DNA from: an uncultured Candidatus Micrarchaeota archaeon
Lineage (GTDB): Archaea > Micrarchaeota > Micrarchaeia > Burarchaeales > Fermentimicrarchaeaceae
Assembly (NCBI GenBank): GCA_963760615.1
Contig: CAVXDX010000003.1
Coordinates: 32,001-96,000 of the forward strand
DNA length: 64,000 bases
Direction of reading: 5' to 3'
Shown here piece by piece: positions 47,794-56,717 of this stretch. The position numbers and the translations under genes were made by a program. A model generated the notes under the pieces. That model was not told the DNA's origin. It made no database searches and was given only the letters and a program-made list of their open reading frames with translations. Each line of letters starts with the position of its first letter. The first letter of the stretch is position 1.

Positions 47794-47986
47794 AGACCAC
47801 ACCGAATATCTCAATTCTGTCCTTCCTGCCAACTTCCTCCAGCTCTGAAACCAGCTCACCATTTTTCCTTGCCAGGTGCGTCTCCCTGTTAACGCCAAGC
47901 TGATGCATCACATCAAGCACATTCATTCCTCTTTCCAGCTTCACTTTCACGTATTTACCGTTTAGTTTCAATTTAAAAGAGTCCAT
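47783..47986 (-). CDS. ubiquitin-like sulfur carrier (ThiS/MoaD/SAMP, TtuB-like)
   Basis: 67 aa beta-grasp pattern ending in GG; overlaps ttuA. Confidence 0.85.
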   Translation of the reverse strand: MDSFKLKLNGKYVKVKLERGMNVLDVMHQLGVNRETHLARKNGELVSELEEVGRKDRIEIFGVVYGG

Positions 47987-48045
47987 GCATTAATTTAAAT
48001 ATATAATTCTTTAAAAGGATACAAGGAGGTTTTTGAGGGATACTT

Positions 48046-48552
48046 ATGGGATTCTACAAGCTTGTGAAAAAGACATTCGAAAGGGAGCATAGGGAGCGCT
48101 CACCTATATACAAAGCAAGGCTCATTGAGTGGAGAAAGGCGGGGGTCGTCGAGAGAGTTAACAAGCCAACCAACATAGCAAGGGCGAGGGAACTCGGCTA
48201 TAAGGCGAAGCAAGGTTTTGTAGTCGCCCGAGTGAAGGTGAGAAGGGGAAGAAGGAAGAGGCCCAAGCCAGACCTGGGGAGGAAACCCTCCAAGTCCGGC
48301 AGATTCTTCTCTCCTGGGAAGTCCCTCCAGAGAATTGCGGAGGAGAAAGCATCCACCAAGTTCCCAAATTTAGAGGTTCTAAACTCCTACTGGGTTGGGG
48401 AGGATGGGAGCTTCAAATACTTTGAGGTTCTGCTTTTTGATGTCAGCCACCCTGTGATAAAAAACGATAGTTCGATTTCGCCAATGATTGAGAGGGGCAG
48501 AGCCTACAGGGGTCTCACGAGCGCTGGCAAGAAAGGCAGAGCATACAGTTGA
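48046..48552 (+). CDS. rpl15e: 50S ribosomal protein eL15
   Basis: PTNI-RAR-LGYKAKQG, LEVLNSYWVGEDG--KYFEV and YRGLTSAG motifs. Confidence 0.95.
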   Translation: MGFYKLVKKTFEREHRERSPIYKARLIEWRKAGVVERVNKPTNIARARELGYKAKQGFVVARVKVRRGRRKRPKPDLGRKPSKSGRFFSPGKSLQRIAEEKASTKFPNLEVLNSYWVGEDGSFKYFEVLLFDVSHPVIKNDSSISPMIERGRAYRGLTSAGKKGRAYS

Positions 48553-48584
48553 AAATTTGCGGCTGTGCTGCAGGAGGTATCGGC

Positions 48585-49490
48585 ATGTGGGTGAGCAAAA
48601 GGAGAAGAATAATTGATTTGGCGACTAAGGAAGTTATAACCACCGCTCCAAGCACCACAATCAAAGCCCTCTGCGACCTCATGATGAGGACGGGAAAGAG
48701 GAAAATACCAATAGTTGATTCGCTGGTTCACCTAAAAGGCATAGTGACCAGCACCGACCTCCTAAACTATTTCGGGGGAGGAGAAAAGTACTTCATAATA
48801 GAGAGGGATTACAAGGAAAACTTCCTCAGCGGCATAAACGCCCCAACTTCAAAAATTATGACTAATGAAGTTTTCTTCGTGAATGAGGACGAGCCAGTGC
48901 CATCTGTTGCGGATAAGATGCTCAACCAATACTTTGGAGGGTTGCCCATCCTAGACAAAGATGCGAAGGTTGTTGGCATCGTGACCGAGCAGGACTTCAT
49001 AAGCCCGCTTGCAGGAGAGAAGCTCAACTTTCCAGCGAGAAATGCCATGAGTAAGAAAGTCATAACGGTGACTCCGAACACGGCAATAAAGGATGTGACA
49101 AGAATAATGTGCGCCAACCAGCTCAGAAGGCTTCCCGTTGTCAGCGAGCACAAGATTTTAGGCATGGTGCGGTCATACGAAATACTGAAGTTCATAAGCG
49201 ATGCCGAGTTCGCCAAGTTCCATACCTCCAAGGCAGAGGTCATACTCGGAGAAGTAGCGAGCAATGTCATGAGCAAAGACATATACACAATTGATGAGGA
49301 GCTTGACCTGGGGGAAGTCATACACCTTTTCAGGAAGAAGAGGGTTGGTGGGTTCCCGATTGTGAAGGGCGATAAGCTCATAGGGATAATCACCGAGAGG
49401 GATATCTTCAGGGCTGTGTACTCAACTCTCAGGATGCAGTTCCCGAAGAAATTCAATGAGATAGTCTTCACGCTCTTCCACGAGAAGTAA
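48585..49490 (+). CDS. four-CBS-domain protein
   Basis: repeated CBS motifs (IPIVD--LKGIVT-TD, LPILD---VVGIVTEQD, LPVV, FPIV-GDKLIGIITERD); ATG after GGAGG. Confidence 0.88.
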   Translation: MWVSKRRRIIDLATKEVITTAPSTTIKALCDLMMRTGKRKIPIVDSLVHLKGIVTSTDLLNYFGGGEKYFIIERDYKENFLSGINAPTSKIMTNEVFFVNEDEPVPSVADKMLNQYFGGLPILDKDAKVVGIVTEQDFISPLAGEKLNFPARNAMSKKVITVTPNTAIKDVTRIMCANQLRRLPVVSEHKILGMVRSYEILKFISDAEFAKFHTSKAEVILGEVASNVMSKDIYTIDEELDLGEVIHLFRKKRVGGFPIVKGDKLIGIITERDIFRAVYSTLRMQFPKKFNEIVFTLFHEK

Positions 49491-49610
49491 GCTTGACTGA
49501 AGTCCATGCAAGTTGTCTGTCTATTTACATATAGTTTCACGTATTACATGATGATGTCAAGTAATTGACAACAGGGAATGTTTAAATACAGCAAAAGAAA
49601 ATAAGTATTT

Positions 49611-49964
49611 ATGGGCAAACCAGAACTCCCGATTCTTGAGAAATTCAGGCTTAACGCAATCAGTGACCCTTACGAATTGTTAGAGGTAGCTTCCTCCCAT
49701 GAGAATGAAAAAGTCAGCAAGGCAGCTTTGGAAAAGCTCCTGAATCTGAAAGGAGTGATGGATGAGAGAAAGATAATCCTGGTGTGCTGCGTAGTGAAAG
49801 ACACCAAGTATGAGTCTGTTGCCAAGTATGCGTTCAAATATTGCTCAGCAGCGCATATCCCGGATGAAGTGAAAGCCCATATTCTAAAATGCTGGCTCAG
49901 CAAGATAAGGTTCGAGTCTGTAAGAAAGGAAATGAAGAAATGGCTAAAGGAGCACGGGTATTAA
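49611..49964 (+). CDS. hypothetical alpha-helical protein
   Basis: own TATA box (TTTAAATA); no recognised motif. Confidence 0.65.
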   Translation: MGKPELPILEKFRLNAISDPYELLEVASSHENEKVSKAALEKLLNLKGVMDERKIILVCCVVKDTKYESVAKYAFKYCSAAHIPDEVKAHILKCWLSKIRFESVRKEMKKWLKEHGY

Positions 49965-50370
49965 ACTTCTCTTTTCATCAACTCCGACGCACCAATAACG
50001 TTAAATAAAACAAAATCGCAGTTTAAAGAATTTTCAGGGCGTTTTTTTGGACCGAAAGAAACTAAGTTGAGAATCACCCAAAATAATTCACTGAATATTC
50101 CGTGTGAAAATTTAACTTTTTTTGGGGCCGTACTATTTGATATGTGGGGTGAAAAAGATTTATGTACTTGGGACGGAACATGCAGCATTTATTCTTTGCC
50201 ATCCGAAAATGTAAACTTCAGTAACTACTTCCCCATGATATTATACCTTCACCCTAATACTACAACTCCGGGTAATGAGCATCTAAAACCCATATACCTA
50301 CTAATTAATAATCAATAGTTGTCATTTAATTGACTTCCCCCCACCACAAATGCATCCAAAACCGCCAGGT

Positions 50371-50415
50371 CCGGGCAACCAGCCCCGGGTTGTCAGCTGG
50401 TTGACAACTGCCCGG
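50371..50415. other. GC-rich self-complementary element of unknown function
   Basis: CCGGGCA/TGCCCGG, GTTGTCA/TGACAAC and ACCAGC/GCTGGT pairings in an AT-rich intergenic region. Confidence 0.45.
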
Positions 50416-50459
50416 CACATTTCAAAACCATTAAATAAAGCAAAATGCACAGTTAAAAC

Positions 50460-51008
50460 ATGCCCGAATACTATGACTTGGATGTGCGGTTCTGGGAGGC
50501 AGGCTTGGAGAGTTATGCAAACTCCCTTGGTTTCAGAAGCATATGCAGCTTTTCCCCTCAGGGTAATGGCATGGAGATACGGGCTGGGAGGGACGAGGAC
50601 ATAAGGTTCAAAAAGGAGGGAAAAATTATTCTTGTTTCTTCAGATGACCCCGAGCTTCTGAAAAAAGCATGCAGGATAGATGTTGACATGCTGCTCTTCC
50701 CGAGGTTCACTGCCGAAGTTGGATTGGTGAGAGCCGCTGCCGAGAACAGGAAACCATTCGAAATTCCGCTCTCGCTTCTTTTGGTGAGAAGGGGTGCCGA
50801 AAGGGCGTTCCTCATGTCAAGGATACGCATCTTCCTAAAACTTTGCAACAAACATGGAGCTGACTTCATACTCACCAGTGGAGCTTCAGGCAGGCCTTTC
50901 ATGAAGTCTCCAGGCGAGCTCACCGCAGTTGGAGAAGCGCTCGGCCTGTCCCATGACCAGGCGGTGAAATCAATATCAATGGTTCCGGAGTATATCTTCA
51001 AGGGATGA
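50460..51008 (+). CDS. rnp3: RNase P protein subunit Rpp30
   Basis: PHP-like fold pattern, FEIPLS, FILTSGA...KSP-EL; next to pop5 in the superoperon. Confidence 0.85.
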   Translation: MPEYYDLDVRFWEAGLESYANSLGFRSICSFSPQGNGMEIRAGRDEDIRFKKEGKIILVSSDDPELLKKACRIDVDMLLFPRFTAEVGLVRAAAENRKPFEIPLSLLLVRRGAERAFLMSRIRIFLKLCNKHGADFILTSGASGRPFMKSPGELTAVGEALGLSHDQAVKSISMVPEYIFKG

Positions 51009-51012
51009 TGCT

Positions 51013-51318
51013 ATGATCCCCACAATGAGAGAAAAAAGAAGGTACATCCACCTCAGGTTTGAGTGCAGCCGTGCGCTCAGCGAAAGCGAGGCGAGGGATG
51101 AGCTCTACAATGCAATTCTCTCTTTCCTTGGTGAGATGGGCTTCTCAAAAGTCAGCCCAAAGCTTGTGGAATTCAACGACAACTCCGGCATCCTCATGTG
51201 CTCAAACCAAGAGCTTCAGAATGTCAAGGCTGCTTTGGCGCTTGTAAGCAAAATAAAAGGCGAGGATGGCTGCATACGAGTTCTGAAAGTTTCCGGGATG
51301 ATAAACAAACTCCAGTAA
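51013..51318 (+). CDS. rnp2: RNase P protein subunit Pop5/Rpp14
   Basis: PTMREKRRYI, FLGE-G and VLKVSG-INK motifs. Confidence 0.92.
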   Translation: MIPTMREKRRYIHLRFECSRALSESEARDELYNAILSFLGEMGFSKVSPKLVEFNDNSGILMCSNQELQNVKAALALVSKIKGEDGCIRVLKVSGMINKLQ

Positions 51319-51347
51319 GGAGATATGATTGAAAATGGGTAAGTATT

Positions 51348-51549
51348 GTGACATGCCCTTCATAAGCTTTTTGACCTCATGGGCTTCTTCCTTCAACGGC
51401 AACCTGCGGTGTCTCCAGAAGCGTTCATTCGGGAGTGCCCCTCCCTACTGCATCCCCCTGGTTATTCCCCAGCCGGCTTTGCGGAATGCAGGGGAAATGC
51501 CAGAAGCCATGCGTATTCCGACCCTCTTCGCCTACAGGTAGATGCAGTA
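51348..51549 (-). ncRNA. orphan TnpB omega/reRNA-like RNA with an extra 5' structured domain
   Basis: GAACG-CTTC-TGGAG...TTGAAG-GAAG-AAGCCC...hairpin...ATGTCAC core; TACTGCATCT/GGATGCAGTA closing stem; TTTATATA box at 51576-51569; no tnpB ORF. Confidence 0.65.
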
Positions 51550-51587
51550 AATAACCTCTGGAAGGACGTATATAAACCTTTTGGAGG

Positions 51588-51643
51588 GGTAACTTTCCAG
51601 TGAAAAGTGAATTTATGTGCAGACCCTAATTTGTGTGCAAAGC
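51588..51643 (-). repeat. repeat X (candidate IS200/IS605 left end) with an internal partial duplication
   Basis: TGCACATAAATTCACTTTTCACTGGAAAGTTACC versus 24175-24207; ACTTT(T)C-ACTG-GAAAGT hairpin. Confidence 0.6.
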
Positions 51644-51720
51644 CCCCCCAGGTGCAAGTATTTTAAACCTTAGATGCGAATTAATACCCGTAGTGTGTAG
51701 AGAGAAGAAGAGGTGAATTA

Positions 51721-52431
51721 ATGTATCCGGTTTCTCCGCAGGCATACGACCGAGCTATAACGGTATTCAGCCCAGATGGAAGGCTCTTTCAAGTAGAATA
51801 CGCAAAAGAGGCTGTCAGACGAGGAGCCACTGCAATGGGAGTTGTGTGCGCAGATGGGGTAATCCTTGTAGCGCACAAGAACATAGTCTCAAACCTGCTC
51901 GTGTTTGAATCAATGAAGAAGATATTCAAGATAGACAACCACATAGCTGCGACTGCATCAGGTCTTGTTGCGGATGCCAGGAGGCTTGTCGATATGGCAA
52001 GGCTCGAGGCGCAGAGACATAGGCTCATGTACAACGAACCCATGAGCGTCGAGTCCGTCTCAAGGCATCTCTGCGACGCCATGCAGAGTTACACGCAGTA
52101 TGGAGGGGTAAGGCCTTTTGGAGTTTCACTTCTCATAGCGGGAGTTGACGATGAGCCCAAGCTATACGAGGCCGAGCCAAGCGGCGCTCTGACTGGTTTC
52201 AAGGCAGATGCCATAGGGAGCGGTAAGAAGGAGGTTGATGAGTTCTTCGAGAAGGAGTACAAGGAAGGGCTCAGCATAGAAGATGGCATAAGCCTTGCCA
52301 TGAAAGCTCTTAAGAAGACAACCGACGCGAAGCTGAAGGCTGAGAATGTAGACATAGCAGAGATAGCGAAGGGTAAGAAACTCAAGGTGCTCTCCGACGA
52401 GGAAGTGAGCAAGTACCTCTCCAAGGCCTAG
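51721..52431 (+). CDS. psmA: proteasome subunit alpha
   Basis: YDRAITVFSPDGRLFQVEYA and RPFGVSLLIAG motifs. Confidence 0.98.
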   Translation: MYPVSPQAYDRAITVFSPDGRLFQVEYAKEAVRRGATAMGVVCADGVILVAHKNIVSNLLVFESMKKIFKIDNHIAATASGLVADARRLVDMARLEAQRHRLMYNEPMSVESVSRHLCDAMQSYTQYGGVRPFGVSLLIAGVDDEPKLYEAEPSGALTGFKADAIGSGKKEVDEFFEKEYKEGLSIEDGISLAMKALKKTTDAKLKAENVDIAEIAKGKKLKVLSDEEVSKYLSKA

Positions 52432-52443
52432 TTGTGTGTTTTT

Positions 52444-53136
52444 ATGGTAAGTTTAGACAAGGCCATAATAGCCCGCCTGGAGACGCATGGGGAGAAGTTT
52501 GAACTTCTGGTTGATCCAGATATGGCTTACCTATTCAAAACCGGGAGCAAGAAGGACAGTCTCAATATGCTGGTTGTTGAGGAAATATTCACTGATGCCA
52601 GAAAGGCGGAGAGGCCCACTGCAGAGGTGCTGAAAAAAGCATTTGGAACTACTGAAGTCATGAAGATAGCCGAAACGATACTAAGAAAGGGGGATGTTCA
52701 GCTCACTACTGAGCAGAGAAAGAAGATGACGGAGGAAAAGAGGAAGAAGATTGTGGCAATACTCGCAAGAGAGTGCATAGACCCGAGGACTGGCGCACCG
52801 CACCCCCCTCAGCGAATTGAGAAAGCTCTGGAGGAAAGCAGGGTGCACATCGACCCATTCAAGGATGCCGAGGCGCAGCTGGACGAGGTTGTTGATGCGC
52901 TGAGGCTCATCCTGCCAATGAAGTTTGAGAAGGTGAGGATTGCCGTGAGAGTGCCCGCGGAGTACGCTCCCAGGGCATATGGCACGCTCAAGGAATACAG
53001 CATTCAGAGAGAGGAATGGCAGTCCAACGGGAATCTGATAGTTGTTGTTGAGATGCCCGCTGGATTGCAGGGTGAGTTTTACGATAAGATAAACAAAATA
53101 ACTTCCGGAAGTGTTGAGACAAAAATTTTGAAATGA
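52444..53136 (+). CDS. ribosome maturation protein SBDS/Sdo1
   Basis: GEKFELLVDP, QLTTEQR and DPRTGAPHPPQRIE motifs. Confidence 0.95.
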   Translation: MVSLDKAIIARLETHGEKFELLVDPDMAYLFKTGSKKDSLNMLVVEEIFTDARKAERPTAEVLKKAFGTTEVMKIAETILRKGDVQLTTEQRKKMTEEKRKKIVAILARECIDPRTGAPHPPQRIEKALEESRVHIDPFKDAEAQLDEVVDALRLILPMKFEKVRIAVRVPAEYAPRAYGTLKEYSIQREEWQSNGNLIVVVEMPAGLQGEFYDKINKITSGSVETKILK

Positions 53137-53149
53137 AGTGGTGAGAGAG

Positions 53150-53755
53150 ATGACTAGAATAGTTGTGCCTGGCGAGCTGCTTGCAAGCTCTTTACAGAGA
53201 ATTGATTTCGCATTCGTTGAGAATGGCAAGACGTACTCTTCAGTACTGGGGCTCTTTGATGAGGCAAACCCAAGGGTGATACCTCTGGAGGGCCCGTATA
53301 TGCCCACCCAGTACGACATAATTGTGGGCATTGTGGATGAGGTAAAGTTTGCGGGCTATAACGTTGATATAAACTCCCCTTACAGGGGGTTCCTTTCTGC
53401 CAAGGATTCCAGGTTCGAATACAAGCTCGGCGATGTCCTATCGGCAAAGATAGTGCAGGTTGACGAGGTCAAGAATGTCGACCTTGAGGGCGCCAGGGCT
53501 CTGAGGGATGGGGAGATTATAGAGATAAGCCCTGCCAAGATTCCCAGAGTGATAGGAAAAAAGAATTCCATGCTTGACATGATTAGGGAGGCAACAAAGA
53601 GTGAAATTTTTGTTGGCAAGAATGGCAGAATCTGGATAAAAGGGGGGAACTCCGCCCTTGCAGCGAGGACGATTCTGAAGGTTGAGAAGGAAGCGCATAC
53701 GACAGGTCTTACTGAAAGGATAAGCGCTTTCCTGAGAGAGGAAATCAGCAAATAA
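53150..53755 (+). CDS. rrp4: exosome RNA-binding subunit Rrp4
   Basis: VVPGE, VIPLEGPY-P---D--VG and PRVIGK--SM KH motif, HTTGLTE. Confidence 0.93.
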   Translation: MTRIVVPGELLASSLQRIDFAFVENGKTYSSVLGLFDEANPRVIPLEGPYMPTQYDIIVGIVDEVKFAGYNVDINSPYRGFLSAKDSRFEYKLGDVLSAKIVQVDEVKNVDLEGARALRDGEIIEISPAKIPRVIGKKNSMLDMIREATKSEIFVGKNGRIWIKGGNSALAARTILKVEKEAHTTGLTERISAFLREEISK

Positions 53756-53766
53756 TTGGTGGTGAT

Positions 53767-54495
53767 ATGGAGAAACCAAAATTGCTTATTGACGGAAAAC
53801 GAATTGACGGAAGGACTCTGGATGAGATGAGACCTTTGAAGATTCAGGCAGGCGTTCTGAACAAGGCTGACGGCTCTGCCTATGTGGAATGGGGCGGCAA
53901 CAAGGTGCTTGCAGCAGTATACGGGCCACGTGAGTGCATCCCAAGGCATGATGCCAGCCCATACAGGGCGGTCATACACTGCAGATACCTCATGGCCCCC
54001 TTCTCAACTCTGGATGAGCACGGCAGGAGCGGGCCAAACAGGAGGTCTATAGAAGTGTCAAAGGTGATAAAGGAAGTTTTTGAGAATGTTGTTATGACTG
54101 AGAAGTTCCCAAAGACCGCAATTGACATCTTCATAGAAGTACTGCAGGCTGATGGGGGGACCAGATGCGCGGGCATAACTGCTGCGGCGGTTGCGCTTGC
54201 GGATGCAGGAATCCCCATGAAGGACCTGCCCTGTGCCATTGCCGTTGGCAAGATAGAGAATGAAGTAGCTGTGGACTTTGGCAAGCTGGAGGATAACTAT
54301 GGTGATGGTGACATGCCCATTGCCGTAGCCCCGAGGAATAACGAGTTGTTGCTGCTTCAGATGGACGGAATGTTCACCAAGGATGAGCTCAGGAAGGCTC
54401 TCGAACTTGCATATGCTGCGTTCCCGAAGATAAACGCCCTTCAGGTAGAGGCTTTGAGGGCGCACTATGCAGTGAAAAAGGATGAAATTGGTTAG
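53767..54495 (+). CDS. rrp41: exosome exonuclease Rrp41
   Basis: RIDGR--DEMRP, ADGSAYVEWG, RRSIE-SK and QADGGTR motifs. Confidence 0.96.
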   Translation: MEKPKLLIDGKRIDGRTLDEMRPLKIQAGVLNKADGSAYVEWGGNKVLAAVYGPRECIPRHDASPYRAVIHCRYLMAPFSTLDEHGRSGPNRRSIEVSKVIKEVFENVVMTEKFPKTAIDIFIEVLQADGGTRCAGITAAAVALADAGIPMKDLPCAIAVGKIENEVAVDFGKLEDNYGDGDMPIAVAPRNNELLLLQMDGMFTKDELRKALELAYAAFPKINALQVEALRAHYAVKKDEIG

Positions 54496-54506
54496 AGGGG
54501 ATCGAA

Positions 54507-55280
54507 ATGGATATACTTGATGAAATAAAAAAGGATTATGTGATAGACCTGATGAAAAATGGCAAGAGGCCTGACGACAGGGGCTTTCTTGACTATAGAC
54601 CATGCACCGTAGAGAAAGGTATATTCGAATCTGCTGAGGGAAGCGCCCGCGTGAAGCTTGGTAAAACGCAGGTTGTTGCGGGAGTAAAGATAGATGTTGG
54701 AACTCCTTTCAAGGACAGGCCTGATGAGGGAGTGCTCTCAACAACCGCCGAGCTGCTTCCGCTGGCATCACCGACATTTGAGCCTGGCCCTCCTGATGAG
54801 AATGCAATCGAACTTGCGAGAATCGTTGACAGAGGAATACGAAGCAGCAACTCAGTGGATTTGAATTCGCTGTTCATAGAGAAGGACAAGGTTCTCATGG
54901 TGTTTGTCGACATATACGTGCTGGACCATGATGGCAACCTCATAGATGCATCAGCTTTGGCTGCCATGGCAGCACTGCTAAATGCAAAACTTCCAAAGTA
55001 CGAGGATGGCAAGCTCATAAGGACAGAGCGAAATGAAAATCTGAAGATTGGCCCGAAGGTTGTAACGTGTACTTTCTCGAAGATAGATTCTCACATAGTT
55101 CTTGACCCGGGTCTTGATGAGGAGAAAGCAATGAGCGCCAGGCTTACGCTGGCGACAACTCCTGAGCACGTATGCGCCATGCAGAAAGGCGGGAGTGGCG
55201 CTTTCGCAAGAGATGAGCTCATGAATCTAATAGATGTGTCATTTGAGAAGGGAAATGAGCTGAGGAAGCTTCTTGACTGA
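54507..55280 (+). CDS. rrp42: exosome subunit Rrp42
   Basis: GKRPDDR---DYR, AEGSARVKLG, PGPPDENAIELAR-VDRG and DHDGNLIDA motifs. Confidence 0.96.
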   Translation: MDILDEIKKDYVIDLMKNGKRPDDRGFLDYRPCTVEKGIFESAEGSARVKLGKTQVVAGVKIDVGTPFKDRPDEGVLSTTAELLPLASPTFEPGPPDENAIELARIVDRGIRSSNSVDLNSLFIEKDKVLMVFVDIYVLDHDGNLIDASALAAMAALLNAKLPKYEDGKLIRTERNENLKIGPKVVTCTFSKIDSHIVLDPGLDEEKAMSARLTLATTPEHVCAMQKGGSGAFARDELMNLIDVSFEKGNELRKLLD

Positions 55281-55293
55281 TGGAGGTGAGCGT

Positions 55294-55533
55294 GTGGCCA
55301 AAGCACAGGTTAGATACGGAGCAGAGATGAGGAAGAGAGCTGATGCCGTTGACAGGCAGAGAGTTGCCAAATACGTATGCCCGAAATGCGGCAAGAAAAA
55401 GGTTAAAAGAGAAGGCCATGCAGTCTGGAAATGCAGGTCATGCGGTGCCACATTCGCTGGCGGTGCCTACTCGCTGACAACAGCAGTCGGGGAGACAGGA
55501 AGAAGAATAATTGCAGATGTGAAAAAGAGGTAG
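55294..55533 (+). CDS. rpl37ae: 50S ribosomal protein eL43 (L37ae)
   Basis: RYG---RK, CPKCGK...WKCRSCGATFAGGAY; GTG start after GGAGGTG. Confidence 0.93.
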   Translation: MAKAQVRYGAEMRKRADAVDRQRVAKYVCPKCGKKKVKREGHAVWKCRSCGATFAGGAYSLTTAVGETGRRIIADVKKR

Positions 55534-55538
55534 TTGAT

Positions 55539-55670
55539 ATGTACACCTGTTGGAAATGTAAAAAATCCGTGAAAGAATTGGATGAATCTTTTGTGAGATG
55601 CCCCTACTGCGGGTGCAGGGCGCTTTTCAAGGAGAGACAACCCATAGCAAAGGATGTGAAGGCTGAATGA
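55539..55670 (+). CDS. rpo12: RNA polymerase subunit Rpo12 (P)
   Basis: MYTCWKCKK...RCPYCG-R-LFKER. Confidence 0.92.
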   Translation: MYTCWKCKKSVKELDESFVRCPYCGCRALFKERQPIAKDVKAE

Positions 55671-56129
55671 ATGTCAGTTTACATAACGACGAGCAAGAAT
55701 CCTTCAACAAAAACGAAGACTCTCTGCGAGGCGCTCTCACTGGTGCTGCCTGGCTCCGCCAATGAGTTGAGGGGTAAAAAAAGCATAGAGCAGATATTCA
55801 GAAGGGCGAAACTGCTCGGCAAAAGAAGGGTGGTGCTCATATACGAAAAGAATGGAATTCCTTCCAAGATATGCCTGATGAGTGTGAAAGCCCATTCGTG
55901 GGACTGGATGGGTGAAGAAATCGCAATCTCAAATTTTCATGTTTATAAACTCCCAAAAGAGCTTCCTAATGAGCTCCTGATAACTGGAGATAAGAAAGAT
56001 GAGTTTGAGGAGCTTCTTGATTTTGAGAGAGCAGAAGGAGATGACTTCATCGAGCTGAATTGCGGGAAGGACCAACTCTCATTCTCGCATGTGGGCAAAC
56101 CCCTCCTTCAGCTGGAGCTGGTCTCATGA
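55671..56129 (+). CDS. Brix/Imp4-domain ribosome biogenesis protein
   Basis: YITTSKNPS--TK, RGKKS, VLIYEKNG-P; conserved superoperon position. Confidence 0.85.
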   Translation: MSVYITTSKNPSTKTKTLCEALSLVLPGSANELRGKKSIEQIFRRAKLLGKRRVVLIYEKNGIPSKICLMSVKAHSWDWMGEEIAISNFHVYKLPKELPNELLITGDKKDEFEELLDFERAEGDDFIELNCGKDQLSFSHVGKPLLQLELVS

Positions 56130-56395
56130 AAGCGACGCTTGAAATAGCATTTGCCAATCCGACACAGGCAAAGAAGGCATTCAACTCGCTGAAACAGGAA
56201 GTGAGCTTCAAGAGAAAGAGCAATGCGGATATAAATGTTAAGAACAACCTCCTGCTTATCAGGATAGATGCGAAGGAGTTTCCTGCACTGAGGGCAACTG
56301 TTCATTCTTACCTAAGGCTTTTAAATGTGGTATTCGCTGTTTTAAAACTGACAGAAAAGGAGGGAGAGCATGGTAGATATGCCAAAGGAGCTTGA
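56126..56395 (+). CDS. pcc1: KEOPS subunit Pcc1
   Basis: ATLEI-F...I-A-----LRA--HSYLRL pattern; ATG overlaps the preceding stop. Confidence 0.8.
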   Translation: MKATLEIAFANPTQAKKAFNSLKQEVSFKRKSNADINVKNNLLLIRIDAKEFPALRATVHSYLRLLNVVFAVLKLTEKEGEHGRYAKGA

Positions 56396-56717
56396 ACATG
56401 ACATAAATGAGTTCCAGACTGCGCAGAATCAGCTCCAGATGATCGTCATTCAGAAGCAGCAGGTGAAGATGCAGCTTGAGGAGATTGACGATGCGCTTGA
56501 GGAGCTCAAGGGAAAGAGCGGTAAGGTTTTCAAGTCAATCGGCTCTGTGCTTGTCGAATCAAAGGCTGACGATGTTGTCAAGGAGCTCAATGAGAACAAG
56601 GAGACGATGAAAGTGCGGATTGGAGTTTTGGGGAAGCAGGAGGAGAAGCTCAGGGGAAGACTTGTTGAACTCAGATCCAAGATAGAGAAAGCCGCCGGGG
56701 CGATGGGAGCTGCATGA
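56370..56717 (+). CDS. pfdB: prefoldin beta subunit
   Basis: coiled coils flanking VFKSIGSVLVE. Confidence 0.92.
   Translation: MVDMPKELEHDINEFQTAQNQLQMIVIQKQQVKMQLEEIDDALEELKGKSGKVFKSIGSVLVESKADDVVKELNENKETMKVRIGVLGKQEEKLRGRLVELRSKIEKAAGAMGAA

Noticed and set aside
48046-48552. eL15 shorter than usual (168 aa) as a frameshift
   Set aside because: The downstream frames do not encode the missing basic tail; this looks like simple C-terminal trimming.
49602-49609. TAAGTATT matching the first 8 nt of the putative omega-RNA guide
   Set aside because: An AT-rich 8-mer is expected by chance in 64 kb on two strands, and the match does not extend.
49961-50350. 75-aa and 83-aa ORFs in the AT-rich gap
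   Set aside because: They overlap on opposite strands, lack an RBS and motifs, and have atypical composition.
51330-51600. RNase P RNA or SRP RNA next to rnp2/rnp3
   Set aside because: Neither the GAGGAAAGUCC/ACAGAA-CGGCUUA P4 elements nor the SRP helix-8 CAGG-CCGGAAGG-AGCAG motif is present; the small ORFs here look like shadows of a structured RNA.
51588-51621. Repeat X as a replication-origin ORB array
   Set aside because: Only one copy per locus, 27 kb apart, with no cdc6/orc1 or DUE arrangement; kept only as a minor alternative.
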